Shown here: positions 1 through 8,788 of the stretch, in pieces | How the letters are laid out: every line of letters begins with the position of its first letter | Numbering within the stretch: the first letter of the stretch is position 1 | DNA from: a virus | Lineage: Duplodnaviria > Caudoviricetes | DNA length: 64,000 bases | Strand: one strand, 5' to 3' | IMG/VR virus record: IMGVR_UViG_3300049982_000337 | Coordinates: 1-64,000 of that record | Notes under the pieces: model-generated | Database searches by the model: none | Seen by the model: the letters and a program-made list of their open reading frames with translations, nothing else | Told to the model about the DNA's origin: nothing | Position numbers and translations under genes: made by a program

Positions 1-1119
1 TCAAACCTGCTTCCGAGGTTTGACAGTGGACGTTCGCTTTTCGCTCTTCTCGACCGCCTTCATGGCCTCGTCGGCGAGTCGTTCCTGATCGACGGCGGCT
101 GTGTAGAGCGTCACCTCGGCAAGGGTCTTGTGGCCAGTGATGGCCTTGATCTGATGGCCTGTGCATCCCGCTTCGGCCAGGCGCCGGGCGCCTGCCTTAC
201 GCAGGCCGTGGGGGGTGGAATTCTCCGGCAGCCCGGCCTCGCTCGCCGCCGCGGTGAACCAATTCGTGAAGCTCGCGGGCTGGAACGGGCCGCCGGTCCT
301 GGTCGTCAGGAACGTCAGGTGGTCGGCCGCCGTCAGCTTGATCGCTTCAGCTAGGCGAGGGTGGAGCGGTATCCAGAGCTTGGTCTGCCCGCCGCCTTTC
401 TGCTGGGCGACGTGGATTTTGCCGCCCCTGATGTGCTGGCGGCCCATCTTGACCACGTCCGAGCGGCGCTGGGCGGTGTAGAGCAGCAGGGCAATGGCGA
501 GGCGTTCGCGCGTGCCGAGCGGCCAGTGCGCCTCGAAGGCCGCGATGTCTTCCTCGGTCCAACTCCTGAAGCCGTCGCTCTTGTTGCGGCTCTTGCGGCG
601 CATCCCCGACATCGGGTTGTCCGGCCGGAAGCCTCGCTCGACCGCGAAGCCCATCAGGATGCGGATCACGCGGCGAAAATTGCCTGCGGTGCCCGGCTTG
701 TCGGAGAACTCGTCGAGGAAGGCCAGGACGTGCTTGGTCTGCATCCCGCCGACGGACTTCTCCCCGAACCGCGCGCGGAATCGCTCGATGGAGTGGCGGT
801 AGACGTAGCGGGTGCTCTCCTCGAGGTTCTTGAACTCGGCGGAGCTGTAATAGGCGACGATCAGGGCGCTCATCGTGCCCGGCTGCGTCCGCTCCAGGCC
901 GATCTGCCGTGCGGGAGCCTGATGCCCATCTAGAGCCGCCTGATAGGCCGCCATGAACTCTGTCGAGCCGGGCAGGCCTGGAAGCGGCGAGCGCTGGGCG
1001 CCGGGCTTGCGGAAATAGTGGCGCGTCTTCCCGTGGCGATCGGTGAACGCCTGGACGTAGCGCAGGCGCAGGATGGTCACGTCAGTCCCAATCATTGGCC
1101 GGCCGGTCTTCGCTGTCAT
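1..1119 (-). CDS. int: Tyrosine recombinase (phage integrase)
   Basis: Catalytic motifs QRRSD (R), HGLRK (H-x-x-R), TGHKT...LYT (H, Y); true start may be slightly downstream of 1119. Confidence 0.95.
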   Translation of the reverse strand: MTAKTGRPMIGTDVTILRLRYVQAFTDRHGKTRHYFRKPGAQRSPLPGLPGSTEFMAAYQAALDGHQAPARQIGLERTQPGTMSALIVAYYSSAEFKNLEESTRYVYRHSIERFRARFGEKSVGGMQTKHVLAFLDEFSDKPGTAGNFRRVIRILMGFAVERGFRPDNPMSGMRRKSRNKSDGFRSWTEEDIAAFEAHWPLGTRERLAIALLLYTAQRRSDVVKMGRQHIRGGKIHVAQQKGGGQTKLWIPLHPRLAEAIKLTAADHLTFLTTRTGGPFQPASFTNWFTAAASEAGLPENSTPHGLRKAGARRLAEAGCTGHQIKAITGHKTLAEVTLYTAAVDQERLADEAMKAVEKSEKRTSTVKPRKQV

Positions 1120-1321
1120 CTGGCAGGGCGTCGAAGGCTCTGTCCAGAGCGTTCCTATCCCAGACCTTGCGCCGATCGATCAGCTTGGCGCGCGGCATCC
1201 GGCCGTCGAGGACCATCTCATCGAACTTGGTGGCGGATATCCCGACATAGCCGGCCGCGGCCTCGCGCTGCAAACCGCGCGGGGCGAGGGTGGGCGGCAA
1301 TGCGAAAGCCGCCCTGCCCAT
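1082..1321 (-). CDS. Excisionase / AlpA-like HTH protein
   Basis: PRGLQREAAAGYVGISATKFDEMVLDGRMP...WDRNALD; next to int; ATG at 1321 overlaps upstream stop (TGATG). Confidence 0.8.
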   Translation of the reverse strand: MGRAAFALPPTLAPRGLQREAAAGYVGISATKFDEMVLDGRMPRAKLIDRRKVWDRNALDRAFDALPDDSEDRPANDWD

Positions 1322-1827
1322 CAGGCGGCTCGCCACTGAACGAGCGGCGTCTCATAGGAGATGCGCAGCGGGTGCTTGGGCTGGCGGCTCTTTGTGGTCC
1401 CCAGGCACATCAGGGCTAGGCCAGCCTCGCGGGCCATGGCGATGACTGCGCGATCGCGGTTCCAGAAAGTCCCGTCGTCGCCCCAGCCCACGACGGCGAT
1501 CCCGCGGCGGGCTTTACATTCGGCCAGGATCCGCCGGATGTGAGCGTCGTTTTCCGGCCCGATCGGGTCGGCCGCGGCCTTCATGTCCTTCGGGTGCTTC
1601 GCCCTGAAGGCGAACGGGTTCCAGTGGATGGTCGAACCGCACCCAAGGAGGCGCGCCCGGCCGACACTGATCTTGACTGTCATGTCGTCGATTTCGGCGT
1701 CGGCTCTCGACGGGTTCAGCCCGCCGAGGACGTAAGGCGGCAAGCTCTCGTCCCAGATGCGGCGCAGCTCGTAGCGCCAGGTCAGGCAGGGCGACAAGAT
1801 CGCGGTCTTGATGATTTCCGGGGTCAT
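1321..1827 (-). CDS. DUF1643 family protein
   Basis: RYELRRIWD...GLNPSRADAEIDD...NPFAFRA...GWG...PKHPL pattern. Confidence 0.85.
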   Translation of the reverse strand: MTPEIIKTAILSPCLTWRYELRRIWDESLPPYVLGGLNPSRADAEIDDMTVKISVGRARLLGCGSTIHWNPFAFRAKHPKDMKAAADPIGPENDAHIRRILAECKARRGIAVVGWGDDGTFWNRDRAVIAMAREAGLALMCLGTTKSRQPKHPLRISYETPLVQWRAA

Positions 1828-2276
1828 TAGCCTGCACCCGGAGCATGGGGCGCAACCACGCCATCAGCAGCGGTGTAATCGGGGGGAGGGGAGGCGGCGA
1901 GCATGGCCTGGGCGGCGATGATCGCCCTATCGTTAGCCCAGACGTGACCCGCCTCGATCTCGAAGGCGTGGACGGTGCTGCACCCGCCAGGCCCTGGCGT
2001 GCGCCGCGGCATGTTCTCCGCGGCGGCCAGGAGCCCATTGAAGATCTCCACCCACCCTTCAGGCACGGATACCGTCTGTTCTCCTGAGCGGGGGAGGGCT
2101 GCTGCAATCGCAACGGCGACCCGCTCCCACGCCTGGCGGTTCAGGTCGTTCGGGTGGTTGATCCAATCCAGGCTGTCGGGCATCTGGTCGGGCCGGACGT
2201 TCACCCACGCAGCGAGGGCGATCCGCGCCAGGTCGCCGCGCGTAAGGTCTTCGATAGCTTCCCGGTCGGCGCTCAT
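1827..2276 (-). CDS. Hypothetical phage protein
   Basis: Start MSADREAIEDL at 2276; TAATG coupling to next gene. Confidence 0.65.
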   Translation of the reverse strand: MSADREAIEDLTRGDLARIALAAWVNVRPDQMPDSLDWINHPNDLNRQAWERVAVAIAAALPRSGEQTVSVPEGWVEIFNGLLAAAENMPRRTPGPGGCSTVHAFEIEAGHVWANDRAIIAAQAMLAASPPPDYTAADGVVAPHAPGAG

Positions 2277-2325
2277 GTTGAGACCTCGAGGGCTTTCCGG
2301 CCGGCTTCGAAGCGATAACCGCCGA

Positions 2326-2550
2326 CTAGTCGACCTTCCTGCGGGCCGCGCGTGCGTCTGAAAGGGCATTGAAGTGCCGCCAAAGCGCGTAGGCGATTAC
2401 CAGTCCAAAATAGACCAGCTGCAGAACGCCTGCGAGGCGTGTGAGCCAGGGCATGTCCGGCCACTTCCCGTGCAATAGATAGACGGTAAGGGCCGCGAAG
2501 AGAGCGGCTGTGACCGCTTGAACAAGCGGATGGCCGAGAACCTTCTTCAT
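2326..2550 (-). CDS. Small two-TM membrane protein (moron)
   Basis: Two hydrophobic helices in 74 aa; lower-GC segment. Confidence 0.6.
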   Translation of the reverse strand: MKKVLGHPLVQAVTAALFAALTVYLLHGKWPDMPWLTRLAGVLQLVYFGLVIAYALWRHFNALSDARAARRKVD

Positions 2551-2644
2551 TTAGTGTTCCCCGTCGGCGAGAGGAGCCGCGCGGTCCAGTGTACCTGGTC
2601 TCGGTCCATGCTGAAGCTCCGGGAATCGTGAGAGCGTCAGCGGC

Positions 2645-3235
2645 ATGAACAGCCTTCAGAACGCCATCGAGGTTTGGCTGGGCTACCCAGTGGAGTGGAG
2701 CGACACGGCGTCCTGGGTGCAGGCAATCGGTTCGATCCTCGCTATCGGGGCATCCAGCTTCTTCGCCATCTGGGTCCCGCTCCGCATGCGGGATCTGGCA
2801 GGTCGCGACGAGGTGCAGCGCGCGATCAACAACTCGATCATCCTCTGCGGCATCTGTCAGAGTGCGTGGACGACCTTCCTCAGCATCCTTCAGGAGAAAG
2901 CTTGGGGGCCGCGAAGCGCGGAGATCATCCGTCAGCACGTCGCGACTGGCCGAACCGTCGCCGCTCAGGTCCCCCACTCGATGATGTTGGGCGAGGCCTA
3001 CTACGCGGTGACCTCGTGCACCTCGTCGATCCATAATTTGGAGATCGCGCTCGATACTCTCGCCGGGAACGAGGCCCTTGGTGATCGTGCGGAGGTTGCG
3101 TTCGGAGACGCAGTTGAGGACCTCAAAAAGGTCGAGGGAATGCTGCGGGTCATGGAGCCGAAAAAGGTCGCTGGGCACTGGATGATGCTCAGCCCGCAAG
3201 ACGAGCTGCCTAAGGGGGCGAAGGTGGCGGACTGA
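2645..3235 (+). CDS. Membrane-anchored helical protein, 'W-x-Q-A-x-G-S' family (moron, antisense to operon)
   Basis: N-terminal TM ASWVQAIGSILAIGASSFFAIW followed by amphipathic helices. Confidence 0.7.
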   Translation: MNSLQNAIEVWLGYPVEWSDTASWVQAIGSILAIGASSFFAIWVPLRMRDLAGRDEVQRAINNSIILCGICQSAWTTFLSILQEKAWGPRSAEIIRQHVATGRTVAAQVPHSMMLGEAYYAVTSCTSSIHNLEIALDTLAGNEALGDRAEVAFGDAVEDLKKVEGMLRVMEPKKVAGHWMMLSPQDELPKGAKVAD

Positions 3236-3309
3236 TGGCATCCGGCCGTTCGCTAGGCCTGATCGACCACGGAGATGCGGGCATGGCCGTTCCTGGGGGA
3301 TCGGGTACG

Positions 3310-3600
3310 TCATGCAGCTACCTGTGTCTGGGAGGCGTCGGCCAGGGCGCGCCGGCATTCCGCCATGCCGACCTCGGTCAGCCGGTAGCCGACGCCGTGT
3401 TCGTTCTTGATCGCGCCGCGGTCCATGGTCTGGCGTAGGTCGCGTGTGCTCAGGTACAGGCCGTTGCGGGTCTGTCCCGTCGACCTGAGCATGTCCTCGA
3501 TCGGGACGAGTTCGCCGGCCGCCTCGTAGAGCACGGCGAGGGCGCGACCGGCCGCGGGCTTCACGGCCAGCCAGTCCTTGAAGACGGCCGCGGGGCTCAT
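3310..3600 (-). CDS. Winged-helix DNA-binding protein
   Basis: RALAVLYEAAGELVPIEDML...IKNEHGVGYRLT, OmpR-C-like wing; ATGA coupled. Confidence 0.65.
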   Translation of the reverse strand: MSPAAVFKDWLAVKPAAGRALAVLYEAAGELVPIEDMLRSTGQTRNGLYLSTRDLRQTMDRGAIKNEHGVGYRLTEVGMAECRRALADASQTQVAA

Positions 3601-4277
3601 GCGACTTCTCCGAACAGACAGGGCTGGTGGGGCGGGCGCCTGGCGATGATGTCGTCCAGGCTTCCCCACTGATCAGCCATGGCCTCGGCAATGCCTGGGA
3701 GGGTTCTGCTGCGATGCCGCCAGCGCTGTGGGCCGGGCCCGACAAAATGCGTCCGCTCGCGGTGCTTGCGGGGGAGCGCCAACATTTCCGCGTGCACATT
3801 GCGGGTCGATTGGAGCGGAGGCAGTCCCGTCAGCCAGAGGCAGGTTTCCTTCACCTCGCAGTGTCCGAACTGCCACGGCTGAATGCGCTGGGCAGGCTCG
3901 GCGTAGTTCAGGATCCGCTGCTTGCCGTGGCGATGCATGGCCGGGTTCTCGACGCACCGCCGCGGGATAGGGGCATTCCAGAACGCCGAGAACAGGTCCG
4001 CCGCCTCATCGAGATCAGTCCACATCTCTTCCAGCGTCCGCCCCTTCGGCGGCACGTGCAGCCATCGGACGCCGCTCTTGCAGAGGCGGGTACATGGCGG
4101 ATGGAAGACGGCCAGCAAGTCCCAGCCATCGCCTAGGTAGTTCCGTGCATCGCCAACCAGGTGCTGGTTGCTGCCGTCCTCGGCCGGAAGCACATCGACG
4201 CTCCATGCGTCATGGCCCCTGGCCGCAAAGGCCCGTCGGACAACGCCGCTGGCCTCGCAGGCGATGAGCACTCTCAT
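3597..4277 (-). CDS. Phage C5 cytosine DNA methyltransferase-like protein
   Basis: VLIACEASG (variant motif I), HPPC catalytic motif, VENP motif VI. Confidence 0.75.
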   Translation of the reverse strand: MRVLIACEASGVVRRAFAARGHDAWSVDVLPAEDGSNQHLVGDARNYLGDGWDLLAVFHPPCTRLCKSGVRWLHVPPKGRTLEEMWTDLDEAADLFSAFWNAPIPRRCVENPAMHRHGKQRILNYAEPAQRIQPWQFGHCEVKETCLWLTGLPPLQSTRNVHAEMLALPRKHRERTHFVGPGPQRWRHRSRTLPGIAEAMADQWGSLDDIIARRPPHQPCLFGEVA

Positions 4278-4729
4278 ACGTCGCCGTCCGAATTCGCCAG
4301 GAGCGTGAGCCGCATGTTGACTGTGTGAGGGGAGCGGCGGTGTCCGAACCGCTCTGTCAGTGCCGCGGCGATTTTGGTGGTCGTTGCGCCGCCGACGCGC
4401 ATTGCCTCGATGATTTCGTCCTCCTCGCGCGAGAAGGACTTCACCAGAACGCCGTTTCGGACGTAGGCGAACTCGCGATGCTGGGTCACCTTGAGGCCAA
4501 GCCGATGCATCGCCCAGCCGACGGTCGCTTGGTGCCGGTTGAGGCGTCGGGCGATCTGACCAGACTTAAGTCCCGCCTCGGCCAACTCTTCGACACGGGT
4601 CATTTCCTCGCTCGACATGCGCCCGCGAACCATGCCGTCGCCGACCACGACGCATGCCCTGGCTCCAGCGCGCGGAGCTTCGGAAGCGCGCGCGATTTGC
4701 TGCTCTGTCATTGCGGCACCCCGGCTCAT
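4274..4729 (-). CDS. Tandem HTH protein
   Basis: GLKSGQIARRLNRH and GATTTKIAAALTERFG...SPHTVNMRL; ATGA coupled. Confidence 0.6.
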   Translation of the reverse strand: MSRGAAMTEQQIARASEAPRAGARACVVVGDGMVRGRMSSEEMTRVEELAEAGLKSGQIARRLNRHQATVGWAMHRLGLKVTQHREFAYVRNGVLVKSFSREEDEIIEAMRVGGATTTKIAAALTERFGHRRSPHTVNMRLTLLANSDGDV

Positions 4730-5139
4730 GGTTTCGCTTTCTCGATGGAGCCGTTCATTCGGCGGCGATGGGCGGTGTTGAAGCCCCGGCCGGGGATCGG
4801 GCGCTTGGGACCCTTCGGGAACGGCCGCGGCGGCAGGCTGCCCTTGGGCTTCTTGGTGGCCATCTTCTGCTGCCGCTTCGTCTTCGCGATGCGGGTCTGA
4901 TCGGCCGGGGTCTTGATCGCGTCGCACGGCCGGCAGAGCGGACCGGCGCTGTCGTCGGTGTCGGGCCGCCGGCCGAACCAGATCGGGATGTCGTGGTCGT
5001 AGATCACGCCCGGGCCGGAGATGGGCACCGGAGTGCGACACGCGGCGCAGCGGCCGTCGTAGACCTCCCAAATCCGACGCTTGCGTGCCGGGGTCATTGG
5101 CTTGCGTTCAGTGGCGGGGACGGGGGCTCGCTGGAGCAT
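4726..5139 (-). CDS. HNH endonuclease
   Basis: CAAC...YDHDIP...LCRPCDAIKT; start at 5139 (TGATG) or 5097. Confidence 0.8.
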   Translation of the reverse strand: MLQRAPVPATERKPMTPARKRRIWEVYDGRCAACRTPVPISGPGVIYDHDIPIWFGRRPDTDDSAGPLCRPCDAIKTPADQTRIAKTKRQQKMATKKPKGSLPPRPFPKGPKRPIPGRGFNTAHRRRMNGSIEKAKP

Positions 5140-5912
5140 CAGGCGGCCGTTGCCTTGATGAAGGCATCGACGTTCTGCCGGTGGACCTCGAAGGAGACTG
5201 CCCAGGTCCAGGGGTTCGCATCGGTCGATTCCTGGCCGTTGATCACTGTCCAGACCGCGAGGTACGCACGCGCCGCTGTCGGCTCGTCGATGTCGAGGCC
5301 GGTGACACCCAAGTGGCGCATGCCGTCGGCGTCGGCCGGCCGGGTTTGCACGATCCCCTCGGCCAGCGCATCGGCATCGCTGATGGCCTGCAGCCGCTCC
5401 ACCCGGACCGCGGTGATCGCCAGGGTCAGGCGCGAGGCCCAGCGGGGCATGTGGATTGAGGGGATGGCGGACCCCGGGGCGCGCCGTTTCTGATCGTAGT
5501 TGTAGAGCGACAGCCAAAGATCGGCCGCCGCTGCCGTGTTCTCGATCACCACGAAGGCGTCGTCGGCCAGGTAGCGGACGCCATCTCGGCCATCTTCCGG
5601 CCGCTCCCAGGCACGACACGTCTCGCGCACCCACAGCAGGTCGCCCGGCGCGCCATAGAGACAGTTGACCGAGTGATGGCCGCAGAGGTGACCATCTGGC
5701 CGACCCTCGAAGAGGGCACCGCCCCAGGCCTCCCAGCTGTGTCGGAGAGGCTTGCGCTCCTCGACCGGCAACCAACTCTCGTTGCCCAACATGTAATGGA
5801 TGCCGCATTCGGAGGGCGGTTGCGGCTTCACGATACGCCGGGTCTGCGTCTTCGAGCCGGCCAGCAGCGCCTGGACCATGGCGGCCGAGAAGAGGATGGG
5901 GCGGGCTTTCAT
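5139..5912 (-). CDS. ASCH/PUA-like phage protein
   Basis: MKARPILFSAAMVQALLAGSKTQTRR...GDLLWVRET...PSIHMPRWASRLTLAITAVRVERLQAIS...NPWTWAVSF. Confidence 0.8.
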   Translation of the reverse strand: MKARPILFSAAMVQALLAGSKTQTRRIVKPQPPSECGIHYMLGNESWLPVEERKPLRHSWEAWGGALFEGRPDGHLCGHHSVNCLYGAPGDLLWVRETCRAWERPEDGRDGVRYLADDAFVVIENTAAAADLWLSLYNYDQKRRAPGSAIPSIHMPRWASRLTLAITAVRVERLQAISDADALAEGIVQTRPADADGMRHLGVTGLDIDEPTAARAYLAVWTVINGQESTDANPWTWAVSFEVHRQNVDAFIKATAA

Positions 5913-5947
5913 GTGGCCTCGCAGGGAATCGGACCAAGCTGGGCCGC

Positions 5948-6490
5948 ATGGATTGGTGGTGGCAGCTTCTCGACGCGATGGACGCGCATGACGGCCAGGC
6001 CGCATGGGCGCAGTTCGCCGGTGCGGTCATCGCGCTGGTGATCGCGCTTGGGCTCGGCGTCGCGCAGCTGACGTCTGCACGCCGCGCCGAGCGCCTTGCC
6101 CGCCGCGCCTACATCACCGGCGCTGTCGCCGCTGTCGAACATGCCGAAGTCGCTATGGATGAGGTTCAGACGCGCCTCGGTGGCTTTGTCGATGTGGCTC
6201 GCGACCAAGTGGCGATGTCGCCCGCCATCCATATGCTGGACGCGGCGGAGGCGGCTCTGGCGTCCTTGCCGCTCGCGGCGGCGCCGAGCGAGAAGGTCGC
6301 GAGAGCGCTCGTAACGGCCCAGTTTCAGGTAAGGCGAGTGAGCGGCGGTCTGCGCGCCTTCCTCGCCGACGCGAAGAACGCCGGAATGCGGATGACCTAC
6401 GACGAAGAGGTCCGCGAACTGCTGAAGGCCGCGGTCGCACTGCGCGCGGAACAGCAGAGGTTTACGGGGAACCGCAGCCTGCACAGGTAG
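5948..6490 (+). CDS. Membrane-anchored helical protein, W-x-Q family paralogue
   Basis: AAWAQFAGAVIALVIALGL TM followed by helical/coiled-coil region. Confidence 0.7.
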   Translation: MDWWWQLLDAMDAHDGQAAWAQFAGAVIALVIALGLGVAQLTSARRAERLARRAYITGAVAAVEHAEVAMDEVQTRLGGFVDVARDQVAMSPAIHMLDAAEAALASLPLAAAPSEKVARALVTAQFQVRRVSGGLRAFLADAKNAGMRMTYDEEVRELLKAAVALRAEQQRFTGNRSLHR

Positions 6491-6547
6491 CGCCTTCATG
6501 CCGCCCCCCGCTGAGGCCTGCACCTCGGGCCGGGCTACCGACGCGCT

Positions 6548-7114
6548 GTGGACCTTGGGAATCGCTCTAGCGTCCAGGGCATGGAGCCATGCCTTTTCGC
6601 CCTCGGGTCGATCTGCCAGTTCGACTCGGCCGCCACGGCGTCGTGGGTTCAGGCGGTTGGATCGGTCGGAGCGATCCTCTTCGCCTGGGCGATTGGTCAG
6701 CGTGACGGACGGCTCCGGCGCGCTCGCGAGGTCACTGAAGACCGCCGCGCCGCTGAAGCGAGGTACGGCTGGCTGAGCTACGCTCGTGCCTCGATTACTC
6801 AGGCCCAGGGCGCGGTGAGGCGCGCTGAGCTGAATGCGGCCGATCCCGTCATAGGGGCGGCTCAAGCGGACAGAGAATTGGCTGTTATCGCGACGGAACT
6901 CGCGGCGATCCCCCCGGATAAACTTGGCCATGCCCGCGCGATCACGATGGTCGTCGAAACCCGTGGCGCGGTCGCCATGGCGAGGACACAGCTTGAGGCT
7001 CGCAGGCGGTCTATGGAGGGGGAGATGTGGGCAATCGTTAAGAGCACGACGAGCGCGAGCCAGGCCGAAATTGTGAGGATCTGCGTCGAGGAGGGGCAGA
7101 AGCTCGGGTATTGA
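6548..7114 (+). CDS. Membrane-anchored helical protein, W-x-Q family paralogue (start may be ATG 6581)
   Basis: ASWVQAVGSVGAILFAWAIG TM followed by helical region. Confidence 0.7.
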   Translation: MDLGNRSSVQGMEPCLFALGSICQFDSAATASWVQAVGSVGAILFAWAIGQRDGRLRRAREVTEDRRAAEARYGWLSYARASITQAQGAVRRAELNAADPVIGAAQADRELAVIATELAAIPPDKLGHARAITMVVETRGAVAMARTQLEARRRSMEGEMWAIVKSTTSASQAEIVRICVEEGQKLGY

Positions 7115-7134
7115 TGACTTCAATGCGGACTTGA

Positions 7135-7776
7135 TCATGCAGAAACGCTCCGCATGGCGGTGTGCTCAACGCCGTCGAGAAGGCGGCGCGCCCGCCGGCG
7201 ATCATTGACCGCCTTCCAATATCCAGGTGGGCGGGTACGGCTGCGGTCGTAGCCGCGGCGGCATTCACGGCAGGCCCTGCCGCCCTGCTTCGGGCGGAAG
7301 GTGTTCTCTGGCGTGAATTCGTGCCCCTTGGCGCACGTCGTCTGGCCGGCCTTGGGATTGTCCCGCCGACTGTGGCAGCGGGTGCAAACGGCCTCGACGT
7401 CGAGATGATGCTCGGCCGCATAGTCCAGGTGGTGGTCGTATTCGTGCCTCCGCTCACCCTCGGTCCAGACATGTCCGCAGTCGGCGCATGGGAGCTCGTT
7501 GGGATGCGGTCGACGGCCTGAGCGGACCTCGACATTGATGCGATGGCGCGCCTGGACCTTGTCACCGTCGCGAGCCGGGAGTGGAGCCGGGCCAGACCGG
7601 ACCGGCCGGCCTTTCGGCTGGTAACGACCTCGCGCATTCGCGTTCCGGCAATCGCCGCAGATCGACGTCAGGCCGTCGCTGTGCGTCGGATCCTTGGCGA
7701 AAGCGGTTGTCACCTTCGTCGCTCCGCAGAAGTTGCAGGCCTTCTCGGCGCCGGAGTTGTGCGTGTTCTCAGCCAC
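7135..7776 (-). CDS. Zn-finger / HNH-like endonuclease
   Basis: Multiple CxxC pairs, HEYDHH...VCTRCH, C-terminal CAKGHEFTPENT...CRECRR. Confidence 0.7.
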   Translation of the reverse strand: MAENTHNSGAEKACNFCGATKVTTAFAKDPTHSDGLTSICGDCRNANARGRYQPKGRPVRSGPAPLPARDGDKVQARHRINVEVRSGRRPHPNELPCADCGHVWTEGERRHEYDHHLDYAAEHHLDVEAVCTRCHSRRDNPKAGQTTCAKGHEFTPENTFRPKQGGRACRECRRGYDRSRTRPPGYWKAVNDRRRARRLLDGVEHTAMRSVSA

Positions 7777-8072
7777 TACGCAGCCCTCCGCTCGAAGATG
7801 CGGACGCTGGTCTTGGGCGGAACTACCTCCTCGAGCGCGCCTAGCCGGTCATATGCGCGCCGGCCCGCCTCGGTGATCGTCAGGACCTCATCGACCCTGT
7901 AGATGAGGCCGTCGTGGCGGAGTTGGATGGAGAAACTGCGAGCGCGTGCGCTTGCCCCTGCCATGCACTGGTTAGGTCCCTGGATCAGCCGCGCGATATC
8001 GCGGCGGGTGGCCGGGCCCTGAACGAGGCGATGCAGGATGCGGTGCGCCTTGCCGCCGGGAGAATAGCCCAT
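7776..8072 (-). CDS. Winged-helix protein
   Basis: RILHRLVQGPATRRDIA...LRHDGLI...LTITEAGRRA. Confidence 0.55.
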   Translation of the reverse strand: MGYSPGGKAHRILHRLVQGPATRRDIARLIQGPNQCMAGASARARSFSIQLRHDGLIYRVDEVLTITEAGRRAYDRLGALEEVVPPKTSVRIFERRAA

Positions 8073-8566
8073 CAGACGCCGCCGTTCGCTTCGAGGAACG
8101 CCACGGCCACCGCGACCTTCGCGAGAACCTGTTCCTCGGTGAACAGCACGGGCTCAGCGAAGGCGATCAGGTAGCCGGGATAGGTCTCCCCCTCTTGGAG
8201 ATCGACCGCTTCGGCCTCCATGGGGATGTGGTCGCCGGCTTTGATCCCGTGCCGTCCGGTGCAGTCGGCATGCCAGGGCTCATCTGACGGAATGCAGATG
8301 TCGCCGGGGTAGACCTGCTGCGCACAGGCGACGCAGTTCCCGAAATAGTCGCCGGTGATCGCCGTAGCGAGGTTGGAGACCGTCTCCTGCAATTCCCGCA
8401 GGAGAGCAGACCTTGGGGCGGCGGGACGGCGGTGCATCCGCCGGTCCCCCTCAATGGCCCTGATAAGGTCGCCCGCGTGGCAGACGGCGTTGTCGCGCCA
8501 GTGCTGGCGCTCCCAGTACAGCGCGCCGGCGATCAGCGGCATGACGTCGAAGGAAATTCCCGACAT
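8072..8566 (-). CDS. Hypothetical phage protein
   Basis: Start MSGISF at 8566 (TGATG coupling); CxxC...H..C motif. Confidence 0.6.
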   Translation of the reverse strand: MSGISFDVMPLIAGALYWERQHWRDNAVCHAGDLIRAIEGDRRMHRRPAAPRSALLRELQETVSNLATAITGDYFGNCVACAQQVYPGDICIPSDEPWHADCTGRHGIKAGDHIPMEAEAVDLQEGETYPGYLIAFAEPVLFTEEQVLAKVAVAVAFLEANGGV

Positions 8567-8787
8567 CAGTTGAACCCCACGACCCAGTTGCGGAGATCGG
8601 CCGGCGAGGTGCGGAACTGGAGCAGGTCCTGCGTCATCAGCGCCATCGTGTCGCGGCCGACGATGGGCTCGCCTTCGAACTTGCCGATATCGGAGACGAA
8701 GGACGCAAGGGTCTGCCCCTTGTCGCCTCTGTCGGCGAATTCGAGGGCGCGCTCCTTGGCCCACGAGAGATGTTCGGCTCTGGTCAT
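8566..8787 (-). CDS. Hypothetical phage protein
   Basis: 73-aa ORF packed in the operon. Confidence 0.6.
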   Translation of the reverse strand: MTRAEHLSWAKERALEFADRGDKGQTLASFVSDIGKFEGEPIVGRDTMALMTQDLLQFRTSPADLRNWVVGFN

Positions 8788-8788
8788 T

